Assembly (NCBI GenBank): GCA_963665325.3
Contig: CAXXWS020000002.1
Coordinates: 288,001-352,000 of the forward strand
DNA length: 64,000 nucleotides
Source: Alphaproteobacteria bacterium
Lineage (GTDB): Bacteria > Pseudomonadota > Alphaproteobacteria > Bin95
Reading direction: 5' to 3'
Notes under the pieces: model-generated
What the model was told of the DNA's origin: nothing
The model's input: the letters and a program-made list of their open reading frames with translations, nothing else
Database searches by the model: none
Part shown: piece by piece, positions 30,027 through 42,286 of the stretch
Layout of the letters: each line of letters begins with the position of its first letter
Numbering within the stretch: the stretch's first letter is position 1
Translations under genes and position numbers: made by a program

Positions 30027-30911
30027 TCAGCGGGCCTGCCGGGCGGCGATTGCCTCGGCGATGCGGAGCACGGCCTTGGCGCGTTCGGCGACCGGCACGT
30101 CCACCATCTTGCCGTCCACGGTTATCGCGCCTTCGCCGCGCGCCAGCGCCTCGTCATAAGCCTCGACCACACGCCGGGCCTCATCGACCTCGGCCTCGGT
30201 CGGGCCGAACTCCTCATTGCAGACGCGGACCTGGTTCGGGTGGATGCACGACGCGCCGCAGAGGCCCATCTTCTTCGACCGGCGGATGATGCGCCGGAAG
30301 CCCTCGATGTCGCGGAACTCGGCGATGGAGCCGACGAAACCCATCGGCAGGATGCCGGCCTCCCGGGCGCAGGCGACCACCTGCTGCTTCAGGCCGTAAA
30401 GCGTCTCCTCGTCGGCGGTCATGCCCATGGAGAGGCCGAAATCCTCCGAGCCGAGCGACAGCGAGACGCTGCGCGGGTCGGCATGCGCGATCTCGCGGAG
30501 GTTGAGATAGCCTTTCGCCGTCTCGACGGCGATGCAGAGCCGGATCTGGCCAGCCGGGATGCCGCGCTCGGCCTCCAGCTCGGCGACCGTCTGGCTGAGC
30601 GCGATCACATGCTCGGCGCTGTCCACCATCGGGCAGAGCAGGCCGGTCAGCTCGGGGATGACGATGGCCTCGAGGTCGCGCACAGCAAGGCGCCAGGGCC
30701 GGTTGACGCGCACCAGCGTGTCGATGCCCTGCGCCGCGAAGCCGCGCACGATGTCGGGCGCCGCGGCGCGGGCGGCCTCCTTGGCATTGGCCGCGACCGA
30801 GTCCTCCAGGTCGAGGATCAGCCCGTCGGCGCCGACGCCTGGGCCCTTCTCGATGAACTTTTGCGCCGTCGCCGGGACGAACAGCAGCGAGCGCCAGACA
30901 GGCAGGCTCAT
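30027..30911 (-). CDS. HpcH/CitE family CoA ester lyase
   Basis: RSLLFVP, LDLEDSV, VRVN, GSEDF, CIHPNQ, DGKMVD. Confidence 0.9.
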   Translation of the reverse strand: MSLPVWRSLLFVPATAQKFIEKGPGVGADGLILDLEDSVAANAKEAARAAAPDIVRGFAAQGIDTLVRVNRPWRLAVRDLEAIVIPELTGLLCPMVDSAEHVIALSQTVAELEAERGIPAGQIRLCIAVETAKGYLNLREIAHADPRSVSLSLGSEDFGLSMGMTADEETLYGLKQQVVACAREAGILPMGFVGSIAEFRDIEGFRRIIRRSKKMGLCGASCIHPNQVRVCNEEFGPTEAEVDEARRVVEAYDEALARGEGAITVDGKMVDVPVAERAKAVLRIAEAIAARQAR

Positions 30912-32107
30912 ATCGTGCCCTCCTCCTTGAGCCGGTCGAGGTCCAGACCGAGACCTCCCAGGATTTCCTCGTTATGCGCGCCGATTTCCGGCGCGGGCGT
31001 GCGGATGGCGCCCGGCGTGCCCGAAAGGCGCGGGATGACATTGTGCATGGGCAGGCGTCCGAGCTCGTCATCCGGCAGGTTGACGATCACGCCGCGCTCC
31101 TGCGCATGGCGGTCTTCCTTGAGTTGCGCGGCGGAATAGATCGGCCCCGCCGTCACGCCCTCGCGCTCGAAGATCTCCATCGCTTCGGCGAGCGTGCGCT
31201 CGGCGATGAAACCGCCGACGATGGCATCGACCTCCTCGCGGTTTGCCGAACGCGCGGCTTGCGTGTTGTAGCGGGGGTCGTCGCACATGTCGGCGCGGCC
31301 GATGGTGCGGAAGATGCGCATCGCCATGGACTGCATGGAGCCGCTCATGGCGATCCACTCGCCGTCCTTCGTCCGGTAGGCGTTGCGCGGCGAGGTGGTG
31401 TTGGAGGCGTTGCCGAGCCGTGCCGGCGCCGTGCCGGTCGCGCTGTGGATCGCGGCGTCGGGCCCGAGGATCGAAACCACCGGCTCCAGCAGCGAAAGGT
31501 CGATCACCTGGCCTTCGCCGCCCTTCAGCTCGACCTCCCTGAGCGCCACCATGACGCCGAAGGCGCCGTAAAGCCCCGCCACCATGTCAGCGAGTGCCAG
31601 CGGCGGCAGGGCGGGCGGCTTGTCGGGAAAGCCGTTCTTGTAGGCGAAGCCCGACATTGCCTCGACCAGCGTGCCGAAGCCCGGCTTGTGGGCGTAGGGG
31701 CCGGTCTGGCCGTAGCCGCTGACGCGCGCGACGATCAGCTTCGGGTTGCGCGCGAGCATGATGTCGGGCCCGAGCCCCATTCGTTCCAGCGCACCGGCCT
31801 TGAAATTCTCGATGAGGACCTGCGCCGTCGGCAGGAGGTCGAGCAGGACCGCGCGCCCCTTCTCGCTGCGCAGGTTCAGCGAGATGCTCTTCTTGTTGCG
31901 GGCATACACCTTCCAGCTGCAAGAGACCCCGGCGGCGGCCCAGTGGCGGAGCGCATCGCCCTCATCCGGGTCCTCGACCTTCACGACCTCCGCGCCGTGG
32001 TCGGCGAGCACATGGGAAATCGCGTTGCCGGCCACCAGCCGGGAAATGTCGAGAACGCGCACGCCTTCCAGCGCGCGGGGGGCGTCGGGTCGGTAGTCGA
32101 GGTCCAT
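30908..32107 (-). CDS. CaiB/BaiF family III CoA-transferase
   Basis: LEGVRVLD, GAEVVKVE, RNKKS, ENFK.G, SGYGQTGP, ADMVAG. Confidence 0.92.
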   Translation of the reverse strand: MDLDYRPDAPRALEGVRVLDISRLVAGNAISHVLADHGAEVVKVEDPDEGDALRHWAAAGVSCSWKVYARNKKSISLNLRSEKGRAVLLDLLPTAQVLIENFKAGALERMGLGPDIMLARNPKLIVARVSGYGQTGPYAHKPGFGTLVEAMSGFAYKNGFPDKPPALPPLALADMVAGLYGAFGVMVALREVELKGGEGQVIDLSLLEPVVSILGPDAAIHSATGTAPARLGNASNTTSPRNAYRTKDGEWIAMSGSMQSMAMRIFRTIGRADMCDDPRYNTQAARSANREEVDAIVGGFIAERTLAEAMEIFEREGVTAGPIYSAAQLKEDRHAQERGVIVNLPDDELGRLPMHNVIPRLSGTPGAIRTPAPEIGAHNEEILGGLGLDLDRLKEEGTI

Positions 32108-32210
32108 GAGAACGGGATATCCGCGTCGGGAACGCGGCCGATGGTGCGCCTTCGCCCCGCCCCCGGCAAGGCCCGGCTGTCCCCAAGTCTAGAGGCGCTG
32201 AGGCTCCGGC

Positions 32211-32435
32211 CTAAAAGACGCCGGAATCGCCCCCGTGATGATGGTCCATGGCCGAATGGGAGGCTGGGCCGGCGAAAAACGAGTCGGCAGCGGAATTGTG
32301 GACCAGGTGCTCGTGGGTCGCGACAAGGCCGGCGGACGCCAGATACAGGTCGCCCCTTTGCATTCTCTTGTAATCCCGGGAGGCAAAGACAAACAGCAGA
32401 ACGGCTATCGCGAGAATGGCAATCGCATACACCAT
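32211..32435 (-). CDS. small hypothetical membrane protein with His-rich tail (74 aa)
   Basis: GGGAG RBS, ATG 32435, hydrophobic N-terminus VYAIAILAIAVLLFVFAS, tail ..SHSAMDHHHGGDSGVF. Confidence 0.5.
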   Translation of the reverse strand: MVYAIAILAIAVLLFVFASRDYKRMQRGDLYLASAGLVATHEHLVHNSAADSFFAGPASHSAMDHHHGGDSGVF

Positions 32436-32536
32436 GAACCGTCTCCCAAGCTGCCGTCGCGTTTGAACTATGGGTCTCCGCGTCGTTTTCGACAAGGGCC
32501 CGCGATTACCGGATGTGCGAATCGTAGCGCAGTACC

Positions 32537-33790
32537 CTACCGCTCCGGGTCCAGTGCGGTGCGAATGGCTGGCAGGCGGCGGGCCAGCAGGACGAGGGCG
32601 ACCAGGCAGAGGCAGGCGCCGCCGAGAACTGGCCAGGAGAGGCCGATGCGGTCCGCAAGTGCGCCCATGGCGAGGGCGCCCAGCGCCGGGCCGGCGCGGA
32701 AGGTGAGGCCGTAAACGCTCAGCACCCGGCCCAGCATGTCGGGCGGCGTGCCCATCTGGATAAGGCTCTGCGCGCCGACGCCCATGACCAGCATGGCGAA
32801 CCCGGCGGTCCCGAGCGCAGCCAGCGCAAGGTGGAAATCTCCGATGACCGAAAACAGCGCCACCATCGCCGCGTGGACCGCCGCGCCGCCGAACACGATG
32901 ACGGCGAGCCCCCGCCGGCTGCCGCGCTGCGCCAGCCAGAGTCCGCCCGCCAGCGCACCGAGTCCGTTGACGGCGATCAGCATGGAAAAGCCTTCCGCGC
33001 CGCGCTCGAACACGACATCCGCGAAGGCAGGCAACAGGTCGACATAGGGCCGGACCAGCAGCGCTCCGGCCAGCAGGAGCAGGATCAGCGGGCCGACGCC
33101 GGCATGGCGCCCGATATAGCCGAAGCCCTCGCCGATCTCCGCGAACAGGCCCCGGCGTTCGCGCCCTGCCCGCAGGCGGGGGCTGAGGCGTAGCATCGGC
33201 AGCACCGCGAGGAAGGCGGCGAATGTCACTGTGTTGCACAGGAATGCCCAGCCCGCGCCCGTCACCGGGCCCTCATGCAGCAGCAGCGGTGCAGCCAGCA
33301 TCGGGCCGATGAAGCGTGCGCTGTTCCAGCCGACCGAATTGACGGCGACCGCCGAGGGAATGTCCTCGCGGCCCACCAGCGACGGCACCAGGGACAGGCG
33401 CGCCGGTTGTGCAGCGGCGGTCGCCGTTCCGAGCAGCAGGGTGAGCAGGAACAGCGACTCTGGTGTTATGAGGCCGGTAACGGTCAGGAGGCCGAGAGCA
33501 AGCGCCTGAACGCAGAGGAGGCCGTGCATCGCGGCGATGATGCCGAGCCGGCTGACACGGTCGGCCACCGCGCCGGCGAACGGGCCAAGGAGGATCGACG
33601 GCAGGAATTCCGCCATGGCGATCAGGCCGAGATAGAACGCCGATCCGGTCAGCTCCCAGGCGAGCGCGCCCACGCCCGTGCGCTGCATCCAGGTGCCGAC
33701 CAGCGAGACGGCATTGCCGGTGAAATAGAGGCGGTAGTTGCGGTTGGCGAAGACGCGCCTGATGCCGCCCCCGGCCGGAGGCGCCATCAA
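32537..33790 (-). CDS. MFS transporter (MFS_3/EntS-like)
   Basis: about 12 TM, GNAVSLVGTWMQ, GAVADRVSR, PARLSLVP. Confidence 0.9.
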   Translation of the reverse strand: MMAPPAGGGIRRVFANRNYRLYFTGNAVSLVGTWMQRTGVGALAWELTGSAFYLGLIAMAEFLPSILLGPFAGAVADRVSRLGIIAAMHGLLCVQALALGLLTVTGLITPESLFLLTLLLGTATAAAQPARLSLVPSLVGREDIPSAVAVNSVGWNSARFIGPMLAAPLLLHEGPVTGAGWAFLCNTVTFAAFLAVLPMLRLSPRLRAGRERRGLFAEIGEGFGYIGRHAGVGPLILLLLAGALLVRPYVDLLPAFADVVFERGAEGFSMLIAVNGLGALAGGLWLAQRGSRRGLAVIVFGGAAVHAAMVALFSVIGDFHLALAALGTAGFAMLVMGVGAQSLIQMGTPPDMLGRVLSVYGLTFRAGPALGALAMGALADRIGLSWPVLGGACLCLVALVLLARRLPAIRTALDPER

Positions 33791-34623
33791 TCCAGCCGGT
33801 AGCCCTGGCGACGCAGGAAGGCGCCAAAATCCTGGCGCTCGGTATGCGAGACCTGCCGGGCCTTGTCCTCGGACCAGCCGTAGAAGTCGGCCTCGCCATA
33901 GCGGTCGAGGTCGCGCTGCTTGTCCGCCGGAATGCTGAAAACCGCGTCGCGGCGTCGGTCATAGGCGTCGATGCCGCGGGCCAGCTTGTCATCGTCGTAG
34001 CGGTCGGTGTGCACCGTCACCGAGGGCGGCACCCGCATTGAGATGTAACCTTGGGCCGCCGGCCAGCCGACGCAGAGGCCGGCAACGGGGAACACCCATT
34101 CGGGCAGGCCCAGCAGTTCGCCCACCTGGAAGGAATGGTTGCGGACGACGCTGATCGGACAGCAGCCGAGCCCCGCCGCTTCGGCCGCGAGGATGAAGGT
34201 CTGCATGGCGAGCGCGGCGTCCACGGTCGGGTTGAAGGCAGCGTCGAAATGGTCGTTGGCGAAGGGCTTGCTGCGCAGCTCGCAAATCCGCCTGATCCGC
34301 CGCCCGTCGCCGCACCAGACCATGAACGCCGGCGCCGTGCCGATCCAGGGCATGCCCGGAATGAGCGCGGCAACCTCCGCCCGGAGCGCCGGGTCGGCCA
34401 CCCGCACCACGGAAGCCTGCTGGAGATCGGATTTGGCGCTGGCGGAGAAGGCGCAGGCGAACAGCAGGTCGAGCATATCTTCGGGCACAGGTCGGTCGGC
34501 ATAACGGCGGTGGGTGCGCCGGTCGAGGATGGTCGCGAGCGGCCCTTCGGCCGGCAGGTCTGCGCCGCCAGGGGTCTCGGGGCCGTAACGCTTCGTCACG
34601 AGATCGGCCAGGGTATCGGGCAT
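33787..34623 (-). CDS. nitroreductase family protein (NfsA-like)
   Basis: RRTHRRY, SASAKSDLQ, AAEAAGLGCC, GLCVGWP. Confidence 0.9.
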   Translation of the reverse strand: MPDTLADLVTKRYGPETPGGADLPAEGPLATILDRRTHRRYADRPVPEDMLDLLFACAFSASAKSDLQQASVVRVADPALRAEVAALIPGMPWIGTAPAFMVWCGDGRRIRRICELRSKPFANDHFDAAFNPTVDAALAMQTFILAAEAAGLGCCPISVVRNHSFQVGELLGLPEWVFPVAGLCVGWPAAQGYISMRVPPSVTVHTDRYDDDKLARGIDAYDRRRDAVFSIPADKQRDLDRYGEADFYGWSEDKARQVSHTERQDFGAFLRRQGYRLD

Positions 34624-34847
34624 CGGTTTCCTCCGGGTCGCGCGCCGGGCGGGAGTCTATGCCCACCCGACGGGCGGCGGAAGGCGCCCCCGACCTGGAT
34701 GCGGGGCGCCCTCGCTATCGGTTCCGATCAACCGCCGGCGGTATTACGACAAATTTCAAATAGTCGACCGATAACCGCGGCTCGCGGATTGCTGTTCGAG
34801 GGCGACGAATTGGACACGAGGTCCGTGGCAGCTTGGATTGGGTTCTG

Positions 34848-35603
34848 TCAGCCGAGTAGGAAACGCCCGGCAAGCACGACCCCCAACAGGATGAGCAGCA
34901 GCAGAACGGCCTTGCGGAAGCTCTCGGCGGGCAGCCGGCGGCGCAGCGCCTCACCGAGCTTCACCCCTATCCAGACCGGCAGCAGGCCCAGCACCGAAAC
35001 CGCGGCCGCCGGGCCGGTCAGCAGCCCTGCTTCCGACAATCCGACTGCCATCGCCAGGCTGGAGAAGGTGAAGACGCAATTGATAGCCTGCACGAAGCGG
35101 TTCGGATCGAGTTGCAGCGCCAGCAGATAGGGCAGGAGCGGCATCACCTGCGAGCCGGTCAGGCCGTTCACCACGCCGTTGACGAGGCCGACCGGCCATT
35201 GTAGCGGGCGCTCCAGGCCGGACGAGAGCATGAGCGGCGGGCGGGCCAGTGCGAAGGCGGCATAGCCCACGAGCACCAGCCCGAGCGCGGCGCCGGCGGC
35301 CAGCGGATTGACCCACACAAGTAGCGCCACGCCGAGCGCAATACCGGGCAGAACGGCCAGGCAGAGCGGCCAGAAGCGCCGCACCGTCTCGCGGAAATGG
35401 CCCGCGCCGCGCATGACCAGCAGGTTGCTTGCAATCGACGGCGCCAGCACGAGCGGCAGCGCCTCCCGAATGCCGATGGAGAGTGCAAGCAGCGGCAGGG
35501 CGCAGGTCGAGAAGCCGAGCCCAGTCGCTCCCTTGACGAAGGCGGCGAGCAGGAAGGCGGCGGCGACGGCGGCGAGCGTTTCCGGCGCGGCCGCGTCAAT
35601 CAT
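34848..35603 (-). CDS. TauE/SafE (TSUP) family membrane protein
   Basis: VKGATGLGF, G..NGLTG repeat, about 8 TM. Confidence 0.88.
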   Translation of the reverse strand: MIDAAAPETLAAVAAAFLLAAFVKGATGLGFSTCALPLLALSIGIREALPLVLAPSIASNLLVMRGAGHFRETVRRFWPLCLAVLPGIALGVALLVWVNPLAAGAALGLVLVGYAAFALARPPLMLSSGLERPLQWPVGLVNGVVNGLTGSQVMPLLPYLLALQLDPNRFVQAINCVFTFSSLAMAVGLSEAGLLTGPAAAVSVLGLLPVWIGVKLGEALRRRLPAESFRKAVLLLLILLGVVLAGRFLLG

Positions 35604-36486
35604 GCCGGTAGCCCTGCCGCGCGAGCGCGACAGGCTGGCCGGCACCGTCGAGAACCGTCACGCCCTCGCCGGAGACGATCCGTCCGATGGCAATGGCCGC
35701 GCTCTGCGGCGCGGTGAACACCAGTTCGTAGTCGTCGCCGCCGGTCAACGCTTCCAGCCGGGCCTCGGGCCCGAGCGCCGCGACTTCCGCCGACAGCGGC
35801 ACCTCTTCCAGGTCGATGACGGCGGCCACGCCGGAGGCATGGCAAATATGGCCGAGGTCGGCAACGAGCCCGTCTGAAATGTCGGCCGCAGCCGTTGCGC
35901 CCTCCGCCGCGCCGAAACGGGGCGACGGCAGCCAGTATCGTTCCACGAGGCGCGGTGCGTCGAGTTCGCCCCGGACGGCCTTCAGCCCGAAATACCCGTC
36001 CCCGACGGGGCCGGTGACGAATACGAGGTCTCCGGGCGTCGCGCCGGAGCGGCGCACCGGAGATGCCGCCGAACCGAAGGCGGTGACCGTGAGCGTAAGC
36101 GCGCCCGGCGTTCCCACCGTATCGCCGCCGAACAGCGAGATGGCGAATTCCTCCTGGTCCGCGGCGAGGCCGGCCGCAAAAGCCTCCAGCCACGGATCGT
36201 CGATGCGTTCGGACAGCGCCAGGTTGAGCAGGTAGCCTTCCGGCCGTGCGGCCATGGCGGCGAGGTCGGAGAGGTTGCTGCGCAGCAGCCGCCGGGCAAT
36301 CAGGCCGGGCGGGCCGTCGGGAGGGAAATGGACCCCTTCGACCATGGTGTCGGTGGTTACGGCGAGCCGCTGTCCCTCGCGGGCGTCGAGCAATGCGGCA
36401 TCGTCTTCAAGGCCGCCTGCCCCGGCAGCGGTCGCGAGCGGCGCCAGGAAGCGGCGGATCAGCTCGAACTCGCCGGATCGGCTCAT
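35596..36486 (-). CDS. thiL: thiamine-phosphate kinase
   Basis: EFELIRR, DDAA, VEGVHF, NLSDLAAM, GGDT, DISDGL, GGDDYEL. Confidence 0.95.
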   Translation of the reverse strand: MSRSGEFELIRRFLAPLATAAGAGGLEDDAALLDAREGQRLAVTTDTMVEGVHFPPDGPPGLIARRLLRSNLSDLAAMAARPEGYLLNLALSERIDDPWLEAFAAGLAADQEEFAISLFGGDTVGTPGALTLTVTAFGSAASPVRRSGATPGDLVFVTGPVGDGYFGLKAVRGELDAPRLVERYWLPSPRFGAAEGATAAADISDGLVADLGHICHASGVAAVIDLEEVPLSAEVAALGPEARLEALTGGDDYELVFTAPQSAAIAIGRIVSGEGVTVLDGAGQPVALARQGYRHD

Positions 36487-37001
36487 GCCGCCGGACCGGG
36501 ACCGCGGCCGTCGAGTTCTCCGGGCCGCGCGCTGTGGGCGATGCGGTCGAACACGGCGGTCGCGAACCGGGCTTGCGGCTCGTCGAAGAAGTCGCCCACG
36601 AGGTCGGTATATTCACGGATGGCGACGCGCGGCGGCACATCGGGCTCATAAAGCAATTCGGCGGCGCCGAGCCTGAGCGCCGCCCGGAGCACCGGCTCCA
36701 GCCGGCCGAGGCCGTTTTCCCGGCTGAGCGCCGCCGAGACCGCGCTGTCGATATCGCGCCGGTTGGCCGCCACCGCCTGAAGCAGGCGGTCGAAGAAGCG
36801 GCGGTCGGCGTCCATCCTGATGCCTTCGAGGTCCTTGCCGAGGCGGTGCCGCCGGAACTGGTCGGACACCGCCTCCGGCGTTTCGCGGTTCATTTCCGCC
36901 TGGTAAAGCGCCTGGAGGGCGGCAAGGCGCGCGAGCCTGCGCCGGCTCGGCGGCGCGTCTTCGGCGTCCCCCGCCTCGGACCCGCCCTCTGCCGGCGTCA
37001 A
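36483..37001 (-). CDS. nusB: transcription antitermination factor NusB
   Basis: RRLARLAALQALYQ, LRAALRLG..EL, VAIREY. Confidence 0.92.
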   Translation of the reverse strand: MTPAEGGSEAGDAEDAPPSRRRLARLAALQALYQAEMNRETPEAVSDQFRRHRLGKDLEGIRMDADRRFFDRLLQAVAANRRDIDSAVSAALSRENGLGRLEPVLRAALRLGAAELLYEPDVPPRVAIREYTDLVGDFFDEPQARFATAVFDRIAHSARPGELDGRGPGPAA

Positions 37002-37416
37002 TTCGCCCGCCCGAGCGCCTGCTTCAGCACGATGGTCTTGAGGCAGGCATGGGCCGCCTCGGCGCCCTTGTTCTTGCCGGAGATGCTGGCGCGGACGCGC
37101 GCCTGGTCGCCGTTCTCGCAGGTGAGAAGGCCGAAGCCGAGCGCCAGCTTGCGCTCCACCGCCAGGGTCTGCAGCGCCCGGCTCACCTCGGCGCAGAGAT
37201 GGTCGTAGTGGGTCGTCTCGCCGCGAATGACGCAGCCTATGGCAATGAAGCCGTCGAACCGCTTCGGGGAATCGAGCGCAATCGAGATCGCGACCGGCAG
37301 TTCGAACGCGCCGGCGACATTGTAGCGGTCCCAGCTATGGCCGGCCTCCTCGATAACGGCGGCGGCCCCGGCAATCATCTCGTCGCAGATGTCCTCGTAA
37401 TAGGGTGCGACGACCA

Positions 37417-37432
<16 letters not shown>
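36998..37432 (-). CDS. ribH: lumazine synthase
   Basis: VAGAFELP, GCVIRGETTHY, NKGAEAA. Confidence 0.94.
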
Positions 37433-38590
<1,158 letters not shown>

Positions 38591-38601
<11 letters not shown>

Positions 38602-39190
38602 GGCCCAATCCCTCCAATTGGCGGGCAAGGTAGCGCGCCAGCATGTCGATTTCCATGTTGACCGCATCGCCGGGCTGCAGTTCGCCCAGTGTCGTGTGCG
38701 ACAGCGTATGTGGAATGATGTTGACGCCGAAGCGCGCCCCGTCCACTTCGTTGACGGTCAGCGACACGCCGTCGAGCGTGACGGAGCCCTTGGAAGCGAC
38801 GAGCCGGGCGAGCGCTTCGGGGGCGTCGAACGCGAAGCGCACGCTGTCTCCCTCCGGGCGGCGCGACACCGTTCTCGCCAGGCCGTCCACATGGCCGGAG
38901 ACGATATGCCCGCCGAGTTCGTCGCCGACGCAAAGCGCGCGTTCGAGGTTGATCGCCGTTCCCTCGCGCCAGCCGCCGAGCGTCGTGCAGGCGAGCGTTT
39001 CGGCAGAGGCCTCGACGTCGAACGCGCCCGGGCGGACCGCGACGACCGTCAGGCAGGCCCCGGAACAGGCGATCGAGGCGCCGAGCGCAATGCCTGAGGT
39101 ATCCCAGGCGGTTGCGATCCCGAAACGGGTGTCGCCGCGCTTCTCGATGGCCTCCACGCGGCCGATGTCGGTGACTATTCCGGTGAACAT
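38591..39190 (-). CDS. ribE: riboflavin synthase (alpha subunit)
   Basis: MFTGIV, GACLTV, NLERAL, GGHIVSGHVD, DGVSLTVN. Confidence 0.95.
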
Positions 39191-40287
39191 CGTCGCCAGA
39201 CCTCCCAGATGTCGTCGCCGGCCTCGCGCCGCGCATGAAGTTGGAAACGCGGCGCCTCGCCCGGGTCTTCCGCGCCCAGCGCCGCGATGGCCGGCGCGCC
39301 GTCTCCGCCCATCACCGAGGGCGCTCGGAACCAGTGGATGCGGTCCACCAGATCCGCCTTCACAAGCGCGGCCGCCAGCATGCCGCCGCCTTCCACCAGC
39401 AGCCGGGTCAGGCCGGTCTCGGCGAGCCGGGCAAGGCCGGACGCCAGGTCCATTCGCCCTTCGGGGCCGGCGGGCAGGCGGATGAGCCGGACCCCGGCCT
39501 CCTCCAACGCGCCTGCCCGGTCCCGGTCCGCATCCTCGCGGCAGAGGACCCAGGTCGGGCGGCCGTCTGCCACCAGACGGTGCGTCGGGGGCAAGCCGAG
39601 GCGTCCGTCCGCCACGATGCGGAGCGGCGAGCGGTCCCGCAGCCCGTCCAGTCGGCAGTCGAGGCGCGGATTGTCCAGCAGCGCGGTGCGGGCGCCGACC
39701 ATGACGGCGTCGTAGCGGGCCCGCAGCCGGTGCGCGGCTGCGCGTGCTGCGGGGCCGGTAATCCATTGGCTCCGGCCGTTATACGCGGCGATCCGCCCGT
39801 CCAGCGTCGTTGCCGTCTTGAGCGCGACCAGCGGCCGGCCCGAAGCGATGCGGGCGATGAAGCCGGCATTGTCGAACCGCGCCTCCGCCTCGCCGAGCCC
39901 CTGTTCGACGGCAATGCCCGCCGCTTCGAGCCGCTCGAAACCCCGTCCGGAGACGCGCGAGTCGGGATCGCCGGTCGCGGCGACGACGCGCGTAACGCCG
40001 GCTTCGATCAGTGCGTCCGCGCAAGGCGGGGTCCGTCCATGGTGGCTGCACGGCTCCAGCGTCACATAGCAGGTGGCGCCCCTGGCGCCGGCGCCGGCGC
40101 GGGCCAGCGCTTCGGTTTCGGCATGGGGCCGCCCGTCCGACTGCGTCCAGCCCCGCCCGACGATCCGGCTTCCGTGCGCCAGCACGCAGCCGATGGCGGG
40201 ATTGGGCCAGACTCTGCCCAAGCCGCGCCGGCCGAGCGCCAGCGCCGCGCCCATATGCGCCGCATCCACGGTCCGGGCGTCAGTCAT
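39175..40287 (-). CDS. ribD: bifunctional riboflavin deaminase/reductase
   Basis: [33 protein letters not shown]. Confidence 0.95.
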   Translation of the reverse strand: MTDARTVDAAHMGAALALGRRGLGRVWPNPAIGCVLAHGSRIVGRGWTQSDGRPHAETEALARAGAGARGATCYVTLEPCSHHGRTPPCADALIEAGVTRVVAATGDPDSRVSGRGFERLEAAGIAVEQGLGEAEARFDNAGFIARIASGRPLVALKTATTLDGRIAAYNGRSQWITGPAARAAAHRLRARYDAVMVGARTALLDNPRLDCRLDGLRDRSPLRIVADGRLGLPPTHRLVADGRPTWVLCREDADRDRAGALEEAGVRLIRLPAGPEGRMDLASGLARLAETGLTRLLVEGGGMLAAALVKADLVDRIHWFRAPSVMGGDGAPAIAALGAEDPGEAPRFQLHARREAGDDIWEVWRRCSPE

Positions 40288-40738
40288 CCCGATCGGAAAG
40301 CTGCCCGACAAATTCCTCGAAATCCTTCGCCTCCCGGAAATCCCGGTAAACGGAGGCGAAGCGCACATAGGCGACCTGGTCGAGTTCGGCCAACATCGCC
40401 ATCACCATTTCGCCGAGCCCGTCCGAGGGGAACTCGCTCTGTCCGGAGGCTTCGAGCTGACGCACGAGGCTGGAGATCATGCGTTCCAGCCGGTCATCGT
40501 CCACCGGCCGCTTGCGCAGCGCGATCGCGACGGAGCGTTTCAGCTTCTCGCGGTCGAAAGTCTCCCGCCTGCCGCTCGACTTGACGATGGTGAGGTCGCG
40601 CAGATGCACCCGTTCGAAGGTGGTGAAGCGCGCATTGCACTCCGGGCAGGAGCGCCGCCGGCGGATGACGGCATTGTCCTCGGTCGGCCGGCTGTCCTTC
40701 ACCTGCGTGTCTTCATGGGCGCAGAATGGGCATCGCAT
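40280..40738 (-). CDS. nrdR: transcriptional repressor NrdR
   Basis: [32 protein letters not shown]. Confidence 0.97.
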   Translation of the reverse strand: MRCPFCAHEDTQVKDSRPTEDNAVIRRRRSCPECNARFTTFERVHLRDLTIVKSSGRRETFDREKLKRSVAIALRKRPVDDDRLERMISSLVRQLEASGQSEFPSDGLGEMVMAMLAELDQVAYVRFASVYRDFREAKDFEEFVGQLSDRDD

Positions 40739-40742
40739 CGCG

Positions 40743-42005
40743 TCAACTCCCGCCGAACGCCCCGTAGATCGGGAACCGTGCGAGCAGCGCCTCGACCTTC
40801 CCCGCCACCTTCGCCTCCGCCGCCTCGCCGCCCTTCAGCACCTCGACGATGAGCCGCCCGACCTCGCGGAACGCCTCCTCGTCGAAGCCGCGCGTGGTCG
40901 CCGCCGGGGAGCCGAGGCGCAGGCCGGAGGTGACGGTCGGCTTCTCCGGGTCGAACGGGATGCCGTTCTTGTTGCAGGTGATGAGCGCGCGCTCCAGCGC
41001 CTTCTCCGCGACATTGCCGGTGAGGCCGAGCGGGCGCAGATCGACCAGCAGGAGATGCGTGTCGGTGCCGCCCGAGACGATCTCCAGCCCGCCTTCCTGC
41101 AGCGTCTCGGCAAGCGCGCGGGCATTGGCCACCACGGCCTCGGCATAGTCCCGGAACTCCGGCTTGAGCGCTTCGCCGAAGGCGACTGCCTTGGCGGCGA
41201 TGGCGTGCATCAGCGGGCCGCCCTGGAGGCCGGGGAACACCGCTGAATCGATACGCCGGCCGAGGCTCTCGTCGTTGGAGAGGATCATGCCGCCGCGCGG
41301 GCCGCGCAGCGTCTTGTGCGTGGTGGTGGTGACGATGTCGGCCCAGGGCAGCGGGCTGGGGTGGACGCCGGCCGCCACCAGCCCGGCGAAATGGGCCATA
41401 TCCACCATGAATTTCGCGCCCAACGCATCCGCGATCTCGCGAAAGAGCCGGAAGTCGATCTCGCGCGGATAGGCTGAGCCGCCGGCGATGATGAGCTGCG
41501 GCCGGCGCTCGTCGGCCAGCCGCGCAACCTCGTCATAGTCGATCCGGCTGTCCTGCCGGCGCACGCCGTACTGCACCGCGTCGAACCACTTGCCGGAGAG
41601 ATTCGGCGCCGCCCCGTGGGTCAGGTGCCCGCCGGCGGCGAGGGACATGCCGAGCACCGTGTCGCCCGGCTTGCAAAGCGCCATGAAGGCCGCCTGGTTG
41701 GCCTGCGCGCCGGAATGCGGCTGGACATTGACATAGGCCGCGCCGAAGAGGCGCTTCGCCCGGTCGATGGCGAGCCGCTCCGCCTTGTCCACCCATTCGC
41801 AGCCGCCATAGTAGCGCCGGCCCGGATAGCCCTCGGCATATTTGTTGGTCAGCACCGAGCCCTGCGCCTCCAGCACGGCGCGCGAGACGATGTTCTCCGA
41901 GGCGATCAGCTCGATCTGGTCGCGCTGCCGGTCAAGCTCCCCGCCGATGGCGGCGGAGAGGTCCGGATCGGCCGCGGCCAGCGGCGTCAGGAAGAAATCG
42001 GCCAT
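40743..42005 (-). CDS. glyA: serine hydroxymethyltransferase
   Basis: [40 protein letters not shown]. Confidence 0.97.
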   Translation of the reverse strand: MADFFLTPLAAADPDLSAAIGGELDRQRDQIELIASENIVSRAVLEAQGSVLTNKYAEGYPGRRYYGGCEWVDKAERLAIDRAKRLFGAAYVNVQPHSGAQANQAAFMALCKPGDTVLGMSLAAGGHLTHGAAPNLSGKWFDAVQYGVRRQDSRIDYDEVARLADERRPQLIIAGGSAYPREIDFRLFREIADALGAKFMVDMAHFAGLVAAGVHPSPLPWADIVTTTTHKTLRGPRGGMILSNDESLGRRIDSAVFPGLQGGPLMHAIAAKAVAFGEALKPEFRDYAEAVVANARALAETLQEGGLEIVSGGTDTHLLLVDLRPLGLTGNVAEKALERALITCNKNGIPFDPEKPTVTSGLRLGSPAATTRGFDEEAFREVGRLIVEVLKGGEAAEAKVAGKVEALLARFPIYGAFGGS

Positions 42006-42286
42006 GCGCGAGAGACTCCCGAATCCAACCCTCAGCCCATACCAAATCCCGGCCCCGCCCGCCATAGCGGGGGCTCCGGCCGCAAGCAGCCTCCGGTCAT
42101 ATTGTGAGGACCGGCTGATGACGGCGCCGTAGGCCGGAGAAACAACCGGAATGCACTTCAAATCGGCTGCCAGCCTGTCCGAATACGCAAGGCCACCACA
42201 GATGCTCAACAACAACGCGCTTGTTAGATTCGTTGTATGGACGCACTCTTCGCCGCGATTGATGAACGCCAGTTGGCAGGGGACAG

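Noticed and set aside
42006-42286. Riboswitch (ZTP, glycine or FMN) upstream of the glyA-rib operon
   Set aside because: No recognisable aptamer consensus by eye. An Rfam scan would settle it.
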